From assembly GCA_045532865.1 (NCBI GenBank), contig JAZSGT010000028.1, positions 18,507 to 82,506 on the forward strand: a stretch of 64,000 nucleotides of DNA. The letters are read 5' to 3'. This stretch comes from Alphaproteobacteria bacterium. Lineage in GTDB: Bacteria > Pseudomonadota > Alphaproteobacteria > CAAHEQ01 > UBA3637. Numbering within the stretch: the first letter of the stretch is position 1; each line of letters begins with the position of its first letter. The position numbers and the translations under genes were made by a program. Below the pieces are notes generated by a model. It made no database searches and had not been told where the DNA came from. It was given only the letters and a program-made list of their open reading frames with translations. This document shows, piece after piece, positions 38,823 to 47,410 of this stretch.

Positions 38823-38845
38823 AGAGAGGGTTTCCTCTCTTTTTT
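38823..38845 (+). terminator. rho-independent terminator
   Basis: agagagg gttt cctctct followed by T5. Confidence 0.75.
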
Positions 38846-38846
38846 C

Positions 38847-38875
38847 TTGACTTAAATAACTAGTGATATTATTTT
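38847..38875 (+). promoter_or_regulatory. sigma70-like promoter driving the trp leader and trpB
   Basis: ttgact at 38847-52, 17-nt spacer, tatttt at 38870-75. The predicted transcription start lies next to the leader ATG, so the leader may be leaderless. Confidence 0.45.
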
Positions 38876-38882
38876 GCAACTT

Positions 38883-38951
38883 ATGAAGTATATAAAATTA
38901 TTTGATTTTTCTTGTGTTTTTAAAAGCGTATATGCATTTTGGTGGTGCTAA
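38883..38951 (+). CDS. trp leader peptide-like ORF (MKYIKLFDFSCVFKSVYAFWWC) with tandem Trp codons
   Basis: 22 codons ending ...ttt TGG TGG tgc TAA; the hairpin ggtgc-taac-gcacc overlaps the stop codon and is followed by a U-rich tract; sits 90 nt upstream of trpB. Confidence 0.45.
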   Translation: MKYIKLFDFSCVFKSVYAFWWC

Positions 38952-38968
38952 CGCACCTGTTTATATAT
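38944..38968 (+). promoter_or_regulatory. candidate attenuator hairpin (ggtgcTAAcgcacc plus U-rich tract) overlapping the leader stop codon
   Basis: 5-bp GC-rich stem whose 5' arm is the second Trp codon and Cys codon; the loop contains the stop codon. Confidence 0.35.
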
Positions 38969-39041
38969 GATAGATTAACCATCTTAAAACGGTTCTTTAT
39001 TTAATAAAAAAATCAAACATTATGAATATAAAAAAGGAAAA

Positions 39042-40223
39042 ATGATGAAAAAATTTAACGGTTTTTTTGGCAGTTTTGGTGGTTCATATATATCAGAAAA
39101 ATTGCAAAAAGAAATGAATAAAATTGAAAATGTATATAATGAATTAACAACAAATTCTGAGTTTATTGAAAAATTAAAATATATTAGAAAAACATATCAA
39201 GGTCGCCCAACTCCAATTACATTTGCTGAAAATTTAAGTAATAAAATTGGTGGTGCAAAAATTTATTTAAAAAGAGAAGATTTAAACCATACCGGAGCTC
39301 ACAAATTGAACCATGCAATGGGAGAAGCTTTGCTCGCAAAATATATGGGGAAGAAAAAGTTGATCGCAGAAACAGGTGCTGGGCAACATGGTGTTGCAAT
39401 GGCAACAGCAGCAGCTTATTTGGGATTAGAATGTGAAATTTATATGGGTGAAGTGGATATTGAAAAACAAAAACCGAATGTGCTAAGGATGAAATTACTG
39501 GGTGCAAAAATTGTCCCTGTAACTCAAGGTCAAAAATCTTTGAAAGAGGCAGTTGATAGTGCTTTTGATGCTTATTTGAGTGATCTTGATAATTCACTTT
39601 ACTGCATTGGATCTGTTGTGGGACCACATCCATTTCCAATGATGGTGAGAGATTATCAAACAATCATTGGAGAAGAAGCTCGTGAGCAGATGGTAAGAGA
39701 TTTTGGATCACTTCCAAATGCAGTTGTTGCTTGTGTGGGTGGTGGTTCAAATGCTATTGGTATTTTTAGTGGTTTTGTGGATGAAAAATCTGTTGCTCTA
39801 TATGGGATTGAGCCTTTAGGAAAAGGTTCAAAAATAGGAGAGCATTCTGCTTCAATTAATTTTGGAAAAGAAGCGATTATGCAGGGGTTTAAATCTTTTG
39901 TGATTCAAGGGGTAGATGGTGAACCTGCGCCTGTTTATTCCATTGCGAGTGGTCTTGATTATCCAAGTGTTGGCCCAGAACATGCTTATTTGCACACAAT
40001 TGGACGAGCAAAATATGTTTTGATTGACGACATAGAATGTTTAGATGCTTTTTATGAACTATCTAAAACAGAAGGTATCATTCCTGCGCTTGAAAGTGCA
40101 CATGCTGTCGCTTATGCAATCAAACTTGCAAAAACGATGAGTTCAAATCAAAAGATATTAGTCAATTTGTCGGGCAGAGGTGATAAAGATTTGGATTTTA
40201 TTGCTGAGAAATATGGAATTTGA
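39042..40223 (+). CDS. trpB: tryptophan synthase beta chain (TrpB1-type), not adjacent to trpA
   Basis: [54 protein letters not shown] and [10 protein letters not shown] motifs; RBS aagga. Confidence 0.85.
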   Translation: MMKKFNGFFGSFGGSYISEKLQKEMNKIENVYNELTTNSEFIEKLKYIRKTYQGRPTPITFAENLSNKIGGAKIYLKREDLNHTGAHKLNHAMGEALLAKYMGKKKLIAETGAGQHGVAMATAAAYLGLECEIYMGEVDIEKQKPNVLRMKLLGAKIVPVTQGQKSLKEAVDSAFDAYLSDLDNSLYCIGSVVGPHPFPMMVRDYQTIIGEEAREQMVRDFGSLPNAVVACVGGGSNAIGIFSGFVDEKSVALYGIEPLGKGSKIGEHSASINFGKEAIMQGFKSFVIQGVDGEPAPVYSIASGLDYPSVGPEHAYLHTIGRAKYVLIDDIECLDAFYELSKTEGIIPALESAHAVAYAIKLAKTMSSNQKILVNLSGRGDKDLDFIAEKYGI

Positions 40224-40289
40224 TTTTTTTACTAAAATAAGGTAAAATACAAATTACGAAGTTGCAATAAAATGTACTGAGGATAATTT

Positions 40290-41108
40290 ATGTATCAACA
40301 ACTATCTGTTTTAGATATTCAAAAAAACAAAATATTGTGTGATGTGTGGAAGTTTGTTTCTTCAGTTCATGCAGGTCAAACACGAAAAGGGATTAATCAA
40401 ACAGGAATTTTGCCAAAACACACAGCGCATTTATTTCGTGTTATGGAAATCACAGCAAATGCATTGGGTAACCCTATGATGGTCTTAAAAAATAATGATT
40501 TACTACCACTTTTGAGTGCCGCTTTATTGCATGATACAATAGAAGATACGGTTGTTAATACGTCTGAAAAATTGGAGAGAGCATTAATGCCACTTGTGGG
40601 GTTTGATTGTTCAAAAAAAATAGCTGCTCTTGTTCAAGAACTTTCAAACCCTGCAGAGTGCTTTTTGGGAAAAACAAAAGAAGAAAAAGATAAAAACAAA
40701 AAGGAATGGCAAATCCAACATGCTCTTAAAATGTCCACTCCTGCTAAGTTGATTAAAATGGCAGATCAAATTGCAAATATAATAGATTCGGCAGATTTGG
40801 ATATGGCAGGGATTAAAAGTAATCCTAACGCATGGAGTGAGGAAAAAAAGATTTTTTATGTTGGTAAAGCATTGGCTGTTTGCAATGCGTGTTCAGATGG
40901 GATAGAAAAATCAACTCTTTTGCAAAAGAATATGTTTTTAAAGTTGAATAATTTTGCGTCTTTTGCTGCAGAGTATGCGTTATTTAAAATCAAAAATCCA
41001 CAATATGCACATTTGGATTTTTTTGAAGAGCTGAAATTAAAAAATAGAAGATGCTTTAAAAAACAACAGTTAATTGTTACTGATTATAAAGGAATAGAAA
41101 GAGTATAA
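40290..41108 (+). CDS. HD-domain protein of the RelA/SpoT hydrolase family (small alarmone hydrolase-like)
   Basis: VHAGQTRKG...H...LLHDTIEDT motifs of the (p)ppGpp hydrolase HD_4 domain; no synthetase domain. Confidence 0.7.
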   Translation: MYQQLSVLDIQKNKILCDVWKFVSSVHAGQTRKGINQTGILPKHTAHLFRVMEITANALGNPMMVLKNNDLLPLLSAALLHDTIEDTVVNTSEKLERALMPLVGFDCSKKIAALVQELSNPAECFLGKTKEEKDKNKKEWQIQHALKMSTPAKLIKMADQIANIIDSADLDMAGIKSNPNAWSEEKKIFYVGKALAVCNACSDGIEKSTLLQKNMFLKLNNFASFAAEYALFKIKNPQYAHLDFFEELKLKNRRCFKKQQLIVTDYKGIERV

Positions 41109-41226
41109 GGTTGTTCGTTTTGTTTTGTGTTGTGTTGGGCATGCTGTCTCGCTAAAGCTCGACATTACGTTGTTGCACTCCGTCCGAGAACATGCTTCGC
41201 CTGTTCTTCTCATGCCACCCCAAATA

Positions 41227-41254
41227 AAAAAAGACGGTATAAAACCGTCTTTTT
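41227..41254. terminator. bidirectional terminator (ends the minus-strand rnpB/tRNA-Pro unit and the plus-strand upstream gene)
   Basis: aagacggt ataaa accgtctt flanked by A-run and T-run. Confidence 0.8.
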
Positions 41255-41255
41255 A

Positions 41256-41332
41256 TGGTCGGGGCGACATGATTCGAACATGCGACACCTTGGTCCCAAA
41301 CCAAGTACTCTACCAGGCTGAGCTACGCCCCG
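41256..41332 (-). tRNA. tRNA-Pro (anticodon TGG), CCA encoded
   Basis: The reverse complement reads CGGGGCGTAGCTCAGCCTGGTAGAGTACTTGGTTTGGGACCAAGGTGTCGCATGTTCGAATCATGTCGCCCCGACCA. The anticodon loop is TTTGGGA. Confidence 0.9.
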
Positions 41333-41402
41333 ATGATTGAGTAGTTAACTATATACACTAAAAAAAAATGAAATGCAAGTAAAAAATTAAAAAAAATAAA
41401 AA

Positions 41403-41767
41403 AATGTCAGACAATCTATAAGCCGGGTTTTGTAATCGATAATCATTCGTCTGGGATAAACATTACTGTTTACCTCTAGCGACCTACCTCTTGAGAGCAG
41501 ATCAGAAACGCTCTTTTTACAAAGAAAATCTTTGGCTCTCTTCACTTGGTCTTGCTTCCGATAGGGCTTGCCGTGCCATTTTAATCGCTTAAAATGCGGT
41601 GAGCTCTTACCTCGCCGTTTCACCCTTACCAATTAAAAAATTGGCGGTTTGTTTTCTATGGCGCTATCCCGTGGGTCACCCCAGCTGGACGTTATCCAGT
41701 ATCGTGTTTCCGTGAAGCCCGGACTTTCCTCCAAAGTTGCCTTCAGCGATTATCCGATCGTCTGACG
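41403..41767 (-). ncRNA. rnpB: RNase P RNA (bacterial type A)
   Basis: The minus strand contains GGAGGAAAGTCCGGGCTTCACGGAAACACGATACTGGATAACGTCCAGCTGGGGTGACCCACGGGATAGCGCC...GGTAAGGGTGAAACGGCGAGGTAAGAGCTCACCGC...ACAAAACCCGGCTTATAGATTGTCTGAC. Both universally conserved P4 strands (AGGAAAGTCCGGGC and ACAAAACCCGGCTTA) are present. The 5' and 3' ends are complementary (P1). Confidence 0.85.
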
Positions 41768-41773
41768 AGGTGT

Positions 41774-41802
41774 TTTATATCAAAAAAAAGACGAAATGTC
41801 AA
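41774..41802 (-). promoter_or_regulatory. sigma70-like promoter for rnpB (and probably the downstream tRNA-Pro)
   Basis: On the minus strand: ttgaca, 17 nt, tataaa, then about 7 nt to the predicted rnpB 5' end. Confidence 0.55.
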
Positions 41803-41880
41803 TAAAAAGCCTTTGATATAAAATGATATTGCTTATTTTTTCTTTTTTATATAGAATAAAGAAAAATAAAGGAGGTGTCG

Positions 41881-42534
41881 ATGATAATGAAAAATGTAAC
41901 AGTTGTAAATCATCCTATTCTTAAACATAACCTTGCTGTTATAAGGAATAAAACAACAACCAGAGAACAATTTTTGTCAGCTTTTAAAAAGATTAGTTAT
42001 TTTTTGCTTGAAACAGCATTTTTAAAATTGCCAACAAAAACAGTTTTAATCGAGACTCCTCTTGAAACAATGAAAACAAAAGTTATTGATGAAAAGTATA
42101 CTTATATTATAGCACCAATATTAAGAGCGGGTCTTGCTTTGACGGAGACGGCTGTTGAGTTATTGCCTCAAGCGCATGTATTGCATATTGGCATGTACCG
42201 AGATGAAAAAACAAAGAAACCTGTTTGGTATTATGACAAGACGCCTGCTGATTTGCCTCGAAAGACAAAGGTTTTTATTTTGGATCCAATGTTGGCAACA
42301 GGAGGTTCTGCGTTGGCGAGTGTGGAATTGTTTCAAAAAAAAGGTGTGGACATAAAAGATATGGTTTTTATTTCTGTTTTAAGTGCTCCAGAAGGAATAA
42401 AAACATTGAAAGATGTTTATCCTGATTTGAAAATAGTAACCGGAGCTTTGGATAACTGTTTGAATAACAATGCTTATATTGTTCCTGGTCTTGGTGATGC
42501 TGGGGATAGATATTTTAATTCTCTTATCCCTTAA
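41881..42534 (+). CDS. upp: uracil phosphoribosyltransferase
   Basis: NHPILKHNLAVIRNK...DPMLATGGS motifs; RBS aaggagg 5 nt before the ATG. Confidence 0.9.
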   Translation: MIMKNVTVVNHPILKHNLAVIRNKTTTREQFLSAFKKISYFLLETAFLKLPTKTVLIETPLETMKTKVIDEKYTYIIAPILRAGLALTETAVELLPQAHVLHIGMYRDEKTKKPVWYYDKTPADLPRKTKVFILDPMLATGGSALASVELFQKKGVDIKDMVFISVLSAPEGIKTLKDVYPDLKIVTGALDNCLNNNAYIVPGLGDAGDRYFNSLIP

Positions 42535-42668
42535 TTTTCAAGCTGTTTAAAGATGGTATTATGTTACCATTGCAAAAAAATGTTAAAAAACAATGAAAAA
42601 GATGTTGACAATGCATTTTTTTTATTGTATAAATGTGTGTCTTTAAAAAATAACAAGGATTAAATAAC

Positions 42669-43139
42669 ATGACAATGAAAACAACAAAAACAATTAATCC
42701 GGAAAATAGCGATATCAAATGGTACGTTATTGATGCTTCAAATTTGGTTTTAGGCCGTTTGGCAAGCCAAATTGCAACAATCTTACGTGGAAAAAATAAA
42801 CCATGCTATTCTCCAAACCAAGATTGCGGTGACTATGTGGTTGTCGTTAATGCAGAAAAAGTTCAATTAACAGGTCGTAAATTAGAACAAAAAACATATT
42901 ATCATCACACAGGTTATGTTGGTGGTATTAAAGGTGTTTCTGTTGCAAAACAATTAGAAGAACACCCAGAACGTGTTTTACAAAAAGCTGTTGAAAGAAT
43001 GATTTCAAGAAATGCTTTAGGTCGTAAACAAATGAAAAAATTGCGCATTTTTGTCGGCCCAGAACACACACATCAAGCTCAAAATCCAATTGTTTTGGAT
43101 ATTGCTGCTAAAAATCCAAAGAATAAAAGAGGTGCATAA
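42669..43139 (+). CDS. rplM: 50S ribosomal protein L13
   Basis: [17 protein letters not shown]...; uL13 signature. Confidence 0.95.
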   Translation: MTMKTTKTINPENSDIKWYVIDASNLVLGRLASQIATILRGKNKPCYSPNQDCGDYVVVVNAEKVQLTGRKLEQKTYYHHTGYVGGIKGVSVAKQLEEHPERVLQKAVERMISRNALGRKQMKKLRIFVGPEHTHQAQNPIVLDIAAKNPKNKRGA

Positions 43140-43618
43140 TGGTTAGCAAAAAAACAACAACTTTAGAAGATTTGAAACAAGAAACAGCAACAGCTGTTGA
43201 AGTTGCACCAAGAACACCAAAAAAAGATGCTTTAGGTCGTTCACAATCTGTTGGTAAAAAGAAAAATGCAATTGCTCGTGTCATTATTAAATTAGGCTCA
43301 GGCAAAATCACAGTTAATGGTAGAAGTATTGAAAACTACTTCCCACGTCCTGTGTTGCAAATGATTATTAATCAACCATTTGCTGTTACAAACCGTGAAG
43401 GTCAATTTGATGTTCAATGTAATGTTTGTGGTGGTGGTTTGTCTGGTCAAGCTTATGCTGTCCGTCATGGTATCAGCCGTTGCTTGGATATGTTTGAACC
43501 AGAATTACATACAGCACTTAAGAAAGCTGGTTTCTTAACACGCGATTCACGTATTGTTGAACGTAAAAAACCAGGTTTGTCAAAAGCAAGAAAACGTTTC
43601 CAATTCTCAAAACGTTAA
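43139..43618 (+). CDS. rpsI: 30S ribosomal protein S9
   Basis: [16 protein letters not shown]...[17 protein letters not shown]...[11 protein letters not shown]; ATG overlaps the rplM stop. Confidence 0.95.
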   Translation: MVSKKTTTLEDLKQETATAVEVAPRTPKKDALGRSQSVGKKKNAIARVIIKLGSGKITVNGRSIENYFPRPVLQMIINQPFAVTNREGQFDVQCNVCGGGLSGQAYAVRHGISRCLDMFEPELHTALKKAGFLTRDSRIVERKKPGLSKARKRFQFSKR

Positions 43619-43637
43619 TTGGTTTCAAATTCAAAAA

Positions 43638-43668
43638 AATCTCTACCATTTGGTGGAGATTTTTTTTG
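43638..43668 (+). terminator. rho-independent terminator after rpsI
   Basis: atctctacca tt tggtggagat followed by T8. Confidence 0.75.
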
Positions 43669-43732
43669 TTGAATTTTGAAAAAAAAGATCACTCAAAAAA
43701 AGTATTCTTTTTGTTTTTATTTTATAAAAAAT

Positions 43733-44191
43733 TTATTGTCTTTGGGAACTGTCGCGTCCACCTGCATCGTATCTGCCAAAGTTTTTAACCAGTTGTTCAA
43801 GTACAGAAAGTTCTTTTCCTGTAACTTGCGTATATGCACTGTCATATGCAACATCATTTCCGTCGCTTAAGGTGAGGTGTCTTATATTTCGAACAGACTT
43901 GTCTTGTTTAAATGAAATAACATATACATCACGTTCAATTTCTTCGGGATGATAGAATGCTCTGTTTTCTTTTTTTGATTTAAAGTAAATATAAAAAGAA
44001 TCGTTACCGATTTTGTTTTCAAAAATGGGTTTTCCAAGCAAATCAATAACTTTCTCTTGGGGCATTCCTGCTTGAATCATATTTAATCTTTGTTGTGAGG
44101 GTAAATCACCACTTTGATATGTTTCTAATCCACAAGAATTTAACAAAACTATACTTGATAATAAAGATGTATAAATAAGTTTCTTGAACAT
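43733..44191 (-). CDS. bamE: outer membrane protein assembly factor BamE (SmpA/OmlA lipoprotein)
   Basis: Lipobox LLNSCG; SmpA/OmlA-like core (...IQAGMPQEKVIDLLGKP...); start trimmed to MFKKLIY with an aaggaa RBS. Confidence 0.6.
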   Translation of the reverse strand: MFKKLIYTSLLSSIVLLNSCGLETYQSGDLPSQQRLNMIQAGMPQEKVIDLLGKPIFENKIGNDSFYIYFKSKKENRAFYHPEEIERDVYVISFKQDKSVRNIRHLTLSDGNDVAYDSAYTQVTGKELSVLEQLVKNFGRYDAGGRDSSQRQ

Positions 44192-44255
44192 TTTTTCCTT
44201 CTTTGATATAATCATTTCTAATTGTATATATAAGCAGAAGAAAGGGTGTTCGTCA

Positions 44256-44786
44256 ATGGAAAAAACAGCAAAAACAGAAAAAGACATTTTATTTGTTTTA
44301 GATGCAAGAACGGTGACAAAACAAGGAAAGGATTATTTGTTGGTTGCAAACAAAACGCAATGTCAAGAGTTGGCTGAATTTTATGAATTACCAGCAGTTA
44401 AAAATCTTTCTTTTGAGTTTAATGCTTGTTTGGAAGATGATGTTATTGAGTTGACGGGTGTTTTAAAAGCAAATATTGTTCAAACATGTGTTGTAACTTC
44501 AGAAGAATTTGAAGAAAATATTAATTATCCATTTGTGTTGTTGTTTTCAGAAGATGAGAATGTTGTTTTAACGCAAGAAAATAAAGTGGATTTTTCGCCC
44601 GATGACGAGAGTATTGAACTTATTAAAAATGGGCGCATTTACTTTTATGAAATTGTTCGGGAACAGTTGGGATTATCTTTAAATCCCTTCCCTAAAAAAA
44701 CAGATGAACCATTTGTTTATTACGAAGAAAAAGTTGAGAGTGTGAAGGAGAATCCTTTTGCTGTTTTGAAACACTTGACAAAATAA
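44256..44786 (+). CDS. DUF177 (YceD-like) protein
   Basis: Acidic ~176-aa protein ending NPFAVLKHL, characteristic of the YceD/DUF177 family; RBS agaagaaaggg. Confidence 0.6.
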   Translation: MEKTAKTEKDILFVLDARTVTKQGKDYLLVANKTQCQELAEFYELPAVKNLSFEFNACLEDDVIELTGVLKANIVQTCVVTSEEFEENINYPFVLLFSEDENVVLTQENKVDFSPDDESIELIKNGRIYFYEIVREQLGLSLNPFPKKTDEPFVYYEEKVESVKENPFAVLKHLTK

Positions 44787-44836
44787 ATAAATGTGTTAGA
44801 ATATAAGATAGGGTAGTGAAAGTATAGGTGGTTTCA

Positions 44837-45721
44837 ATGGAAGATAAAAAGAAACAAGAAGCTCAAGAAGCTGTAAAAGATGAAAAAGCAGTTGATGAAA
44901 TTGTCGATGTTGATTTGTCTTTGAAAAAAGATGAAAAAGATTCTGAAAGTCTTCTTCTGATTAATCAACAAGCGCTTCAATCACAATATATTGAAAAATT
45001 AGAGAAACTTTTATCAAAGGATGATGTGACAGATCAGGATATTAAAAACGTTGAGTTTTGTAAAGCTGAACTTTTGGCGCAATTTTTAGGAGTGATATCT
45101 TTTTCTTCTACATTGTCAAACACAGATGGTAGAAAAAAAGCAGCAGATGTTTTGTCTTCTCATCTTGCTAAGCTTTATTCAAAAGCAACAAAATTAAAAG
45201 AAAAATTGGCCAGAAAAGCTGATTTAGGCGTTCTTGGTAATGATGTAATGGAAACAAAATTTGGAGCTAGCAAACCTGATGTTGTAACGGATGATATGTT
45301 GGCTGGACGTGACTTGAAAAAAGTATGTATTTTGTTGGCAGGTGGTTTTGCTATGATATTTTCAAACCCAACATATCGAGAAGCTGCAATGAATCCTAGT
45401 GCTGAAACGCGTTCAAAAGCACTTGCAATGGTTAAAGCTCAAAATGCAACACAAAATTCTGGAACAGGAACATTGTTTTCTGTATTAACAGATCTTGTTT
45501 CAAGCCCAGAAAAGCGTTTAACTGCGCAATTGCCAGATTTATTGGATGAATTTAATCAAAAAGTCGTTGGTGAAGATCGGAATCAATTTACAAATTGGGC
45601 TGAAAGTTTAGTAACTGGTTTGTCAAATTTAGGTGGAAAGAATTCGATTTTAAATGCCTTGCAAGGTAAAGATATGTCAAAAATAATGGGCAATCTTATG
45701 GGGTCTAAAAATATTGCATAA
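44837..45721 (+). CDS. hypothetical protein
   Basis: ATG at 44837 with an aggtgg RBS; no signal peptide; no recognised domain. Confidence 0.45.
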   Translation: MEDKKKQEAQEAVKDEKAVDEIVDVDLSLKKDEKDSESLLLINQQALQSQYIEKLEKLLSKDDVTDQDIKNVEFCKAELLAQFLGVISFSSTLSNTDGRKKAADVLSSHLAKLYSKATKLKEKLARKADLGVLGNDVMETKFGASKPDVVTDDMLAGRDLKKVCILLAGGFAMIFSNPTYREAAMNPSAETRSKALAMVKAQNATQNSGTGTLFSVLTDLVSSPEKRLTAQLPDLLDEFNQKVVGEDRNQFTNWAESLVTGLSNLGGKNSILNALQGKDMSKIMGNLMGSKNIA

Positions 45722-45732
45722 TTGAGGGAAAG

Positions 45733-46380
45733 ATGGGCGAAGAGGCTTTTTATACACATGGTGTGCAAGAGTATCGTAAAAATTCAAGATTTCCAACATT
45801 AAGCAGATATCGTGATTTAATTGGCTTTTTGAAAAATGTATTCAAAGATGGAATCGTAACGGATGAAGAATTGCGAGTTGTTTCGGTAGTGGAACGTGAT
45901 ATTTTACTTGAATATGAATTGGCTGCTGTTATTTGTTCCTCGATTCCTCAATCTTCACCCAGACGTTTGGCAGCAGAGCGTTTGCTTAGTCATCTTTATC
46001 GTTGTTTTATTGTGATGAGTTTTGCAAAAGAAAGAGCTAAAATTCAAAATGCGAATCAAAAATTAAAAGGGCATAAGCAAGAAAGTGTTCGCTCAAAAGA
46101 TTCAGACAGAGTTTTGACTGTGAAAATAAACCCTTTGCAGGGTGAGTTGTTGAAGGGATTGGCAACTGAAAGGCAAAGAATAGAGGCAGAACTACCAAGG
46201 ATTCGCCGAGATTTGGCAAAACTTCCTGCAGATGAGCGTGTTTTGTATGAAGGGCGTGTAAATGCTGCTCTTGATTATTTGGAACAAATTAATTTGGAAA
46301 ACTTAAATGCGCTTGAAGTAAACCGTTTGTTGGGACTTGAACGCAGGTTGGTAGAAGAAAAAGAAAGAGTTAAAGAATAA
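45733..46380 (+). CDS. hypothetical coiled-coil-rich protein
   Basis: 215-aa ORF immediately downstream; charged C-terminal half. Confidence 0.45.
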   Translation: MGEEAFYTHGVQEYRKNSRFPTLSRYRDLIGFLKNVFKDGIVTDEELRVVSVVERDILLEYELAAVICSSIPQSSPRRLAAERLLSHLYRCFIVMSFAKERAKIQNANQKLKGHKQESVRSKDSDRVLTVKINPLQGELLKGLATERQRIEAELPRIRRDLAKLPADERVLYEGRVNAALDYLEQINLENLNALEVNRLLGLERRLVEEKERVKE

Positions 46381-46409
46381 TTTTTTGTATATTATATATA
46401 AAAAAATAC

Positions 46410-46438
46410 TTGACTTTTTTGTGTAAAAATTGTATAAA
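46410..46438 (+). promoter_or_regulatory. sigma70-like promoter of the rpmH-rnpA operon
   Basis: ttgact, 17 nt, tataaa. Confidence 0.5.
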
Positions 46439-46517
46439 GAATAACACTTTAAACAAAACAGGCCCTAGGCAGGCGGTCTGGCTATGCAATTAATTAGATA
46501 AATTAAGGAGAAATAAA

Positions 46518-46652
46518 ATGAAACGCACATATCAACCAAGTAAGCTTGTTCGGACACGCCGTCATGGTTTTAGAGCAAGAATGGCGACTTTAGGCGGTCG
46601 TAAAGTTTTAAATGCACGTCGTCGTAAAGGGCGTAAAGTTTTAAGCGCATAA
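46518..46652 (+). CDS. rpmH: 50S ribosomal protein L34
   Basis: [44 protein letters not shown]; not in the ORF track (44 aa); RBS aaggag. Confidence 0.95.
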   Translation: MKRTYQPSKLVRTRRHGFRARMATLGGRKVLNARRRKGRKVLSA

Positions 46653-46723
46653 TTAAGACGACGAATCGACTTTTGTTTGTCAGGTTAAGGGTAAAACAAA
46701 TAGTCATAAAAGATTAAACAAAG

Positions 46724-46753
46724 GGAGCGATTCTTGAATTGTTCCTTTTTTTT
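46724..46753 (+). terminator. attenuator-type terminator between rpmH and rnpA
   Basis: ggagcgattc tt gaattgttcc (10 bp including 2 G.U) followed by T8. Confidence 0.45.
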
Positions 46754-46767
46754 ATAGTGAATTTAAA

Positions 46768-47172
46768 ATGGAAAAATCTTCTTTAAAATATTCCCGATTA
46801 AAAAAGCGGCGTCAGTTTTTAAAAGCGACACATAATGGCAAAAAGTTTGTGGCTTCGACAATGGTTTTGCAAGCTGTTAAACAAGATGAGTTTGATGGGA
46901 TTCGTCTTGGTTTTACTGTAACAAAAAAGATGGGAAATGCAGTTGTTAGAAATCGGATTAGAAGAAGATTACGAGCTGTTGCGCAAGCTGTTTTTTTTAA
47001 TCATGCATTGTTTGGTTATGATTATGTTCTTGTTTCCAGAAAAGCTGCATATGATGCACCTTTTGATGTGTTGAATAGAGATTTACTTTATTTAATGCGT
47101 TTGATGAAGAAAGCATTTGAAGAAAAAAATGATGAAGAAACTGGTGTTGTTGATGAAGAAGCTAATGCATAA
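46768..47172 (+). CDS. rnpA: ribonuclease P protein component
   Basis: Basic RnpA with an [10 protein letters not shown]-type helix; conserved rpmH-rnpA-yidD-yidC context. Confidence 0.9.
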   Translation: MEKSSLKYSRLKKRRQFLKATHNGKKFVASTMVLQAVKQDEFDGIRLGFTVTKKMGNAVVRNRIRRRLRAVAQAVFFNHALFGYDYVLVSRKAAYDAPFDVLNRDLLYLMRLMKKAFEEKNDEETGVVDEEANA

Positions 47173-47410
47173 TTTGATGATGAATTTTTGTTTGTTTCTT
47201 ATTCGGTTTTATCAGCTTTTTTTGTCTCCATTAAAAGGTCATTGCTGTCGTTTTGAGCCAACATGTTCTGATTATGCAAAAGAAGCTTTTTTGTTGCATG
47301 GGATACGAAAAGGTGCTATTTTAACGCTCAAAAGAATTTTAAAATGTCACCCATGGGGTGGGGATGGATATGATCCAGTTCCAAAAAATAATATAAGGGA
47401 AATAAAATGA
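47165..47410 (+). CDS. yidD: membrane protein insertion efficiency factor YidD
   Basis: [26 protein letters not shown]...[13 protein letters not shown]; overlaps the rnpA stop. Confidence 0.8.
   Translation: MHNLMMNFCLFLIRFYQLFLSPLKGHCCRFEPTCSDYAKEAFLLHGIRKGAILTLKRILKCHPWGGDGYDPVPKNNIREIK

Noticed and set aside
41125-41632. ORFs 41125-41340 (+), 41127-41321 (+) and 41387-41632 (-) from the ORF track
   Set aside because: They overlap tRNA-Pro and the RNase P RNA gene. The RNA genes explain the sequence conservation and GC content.
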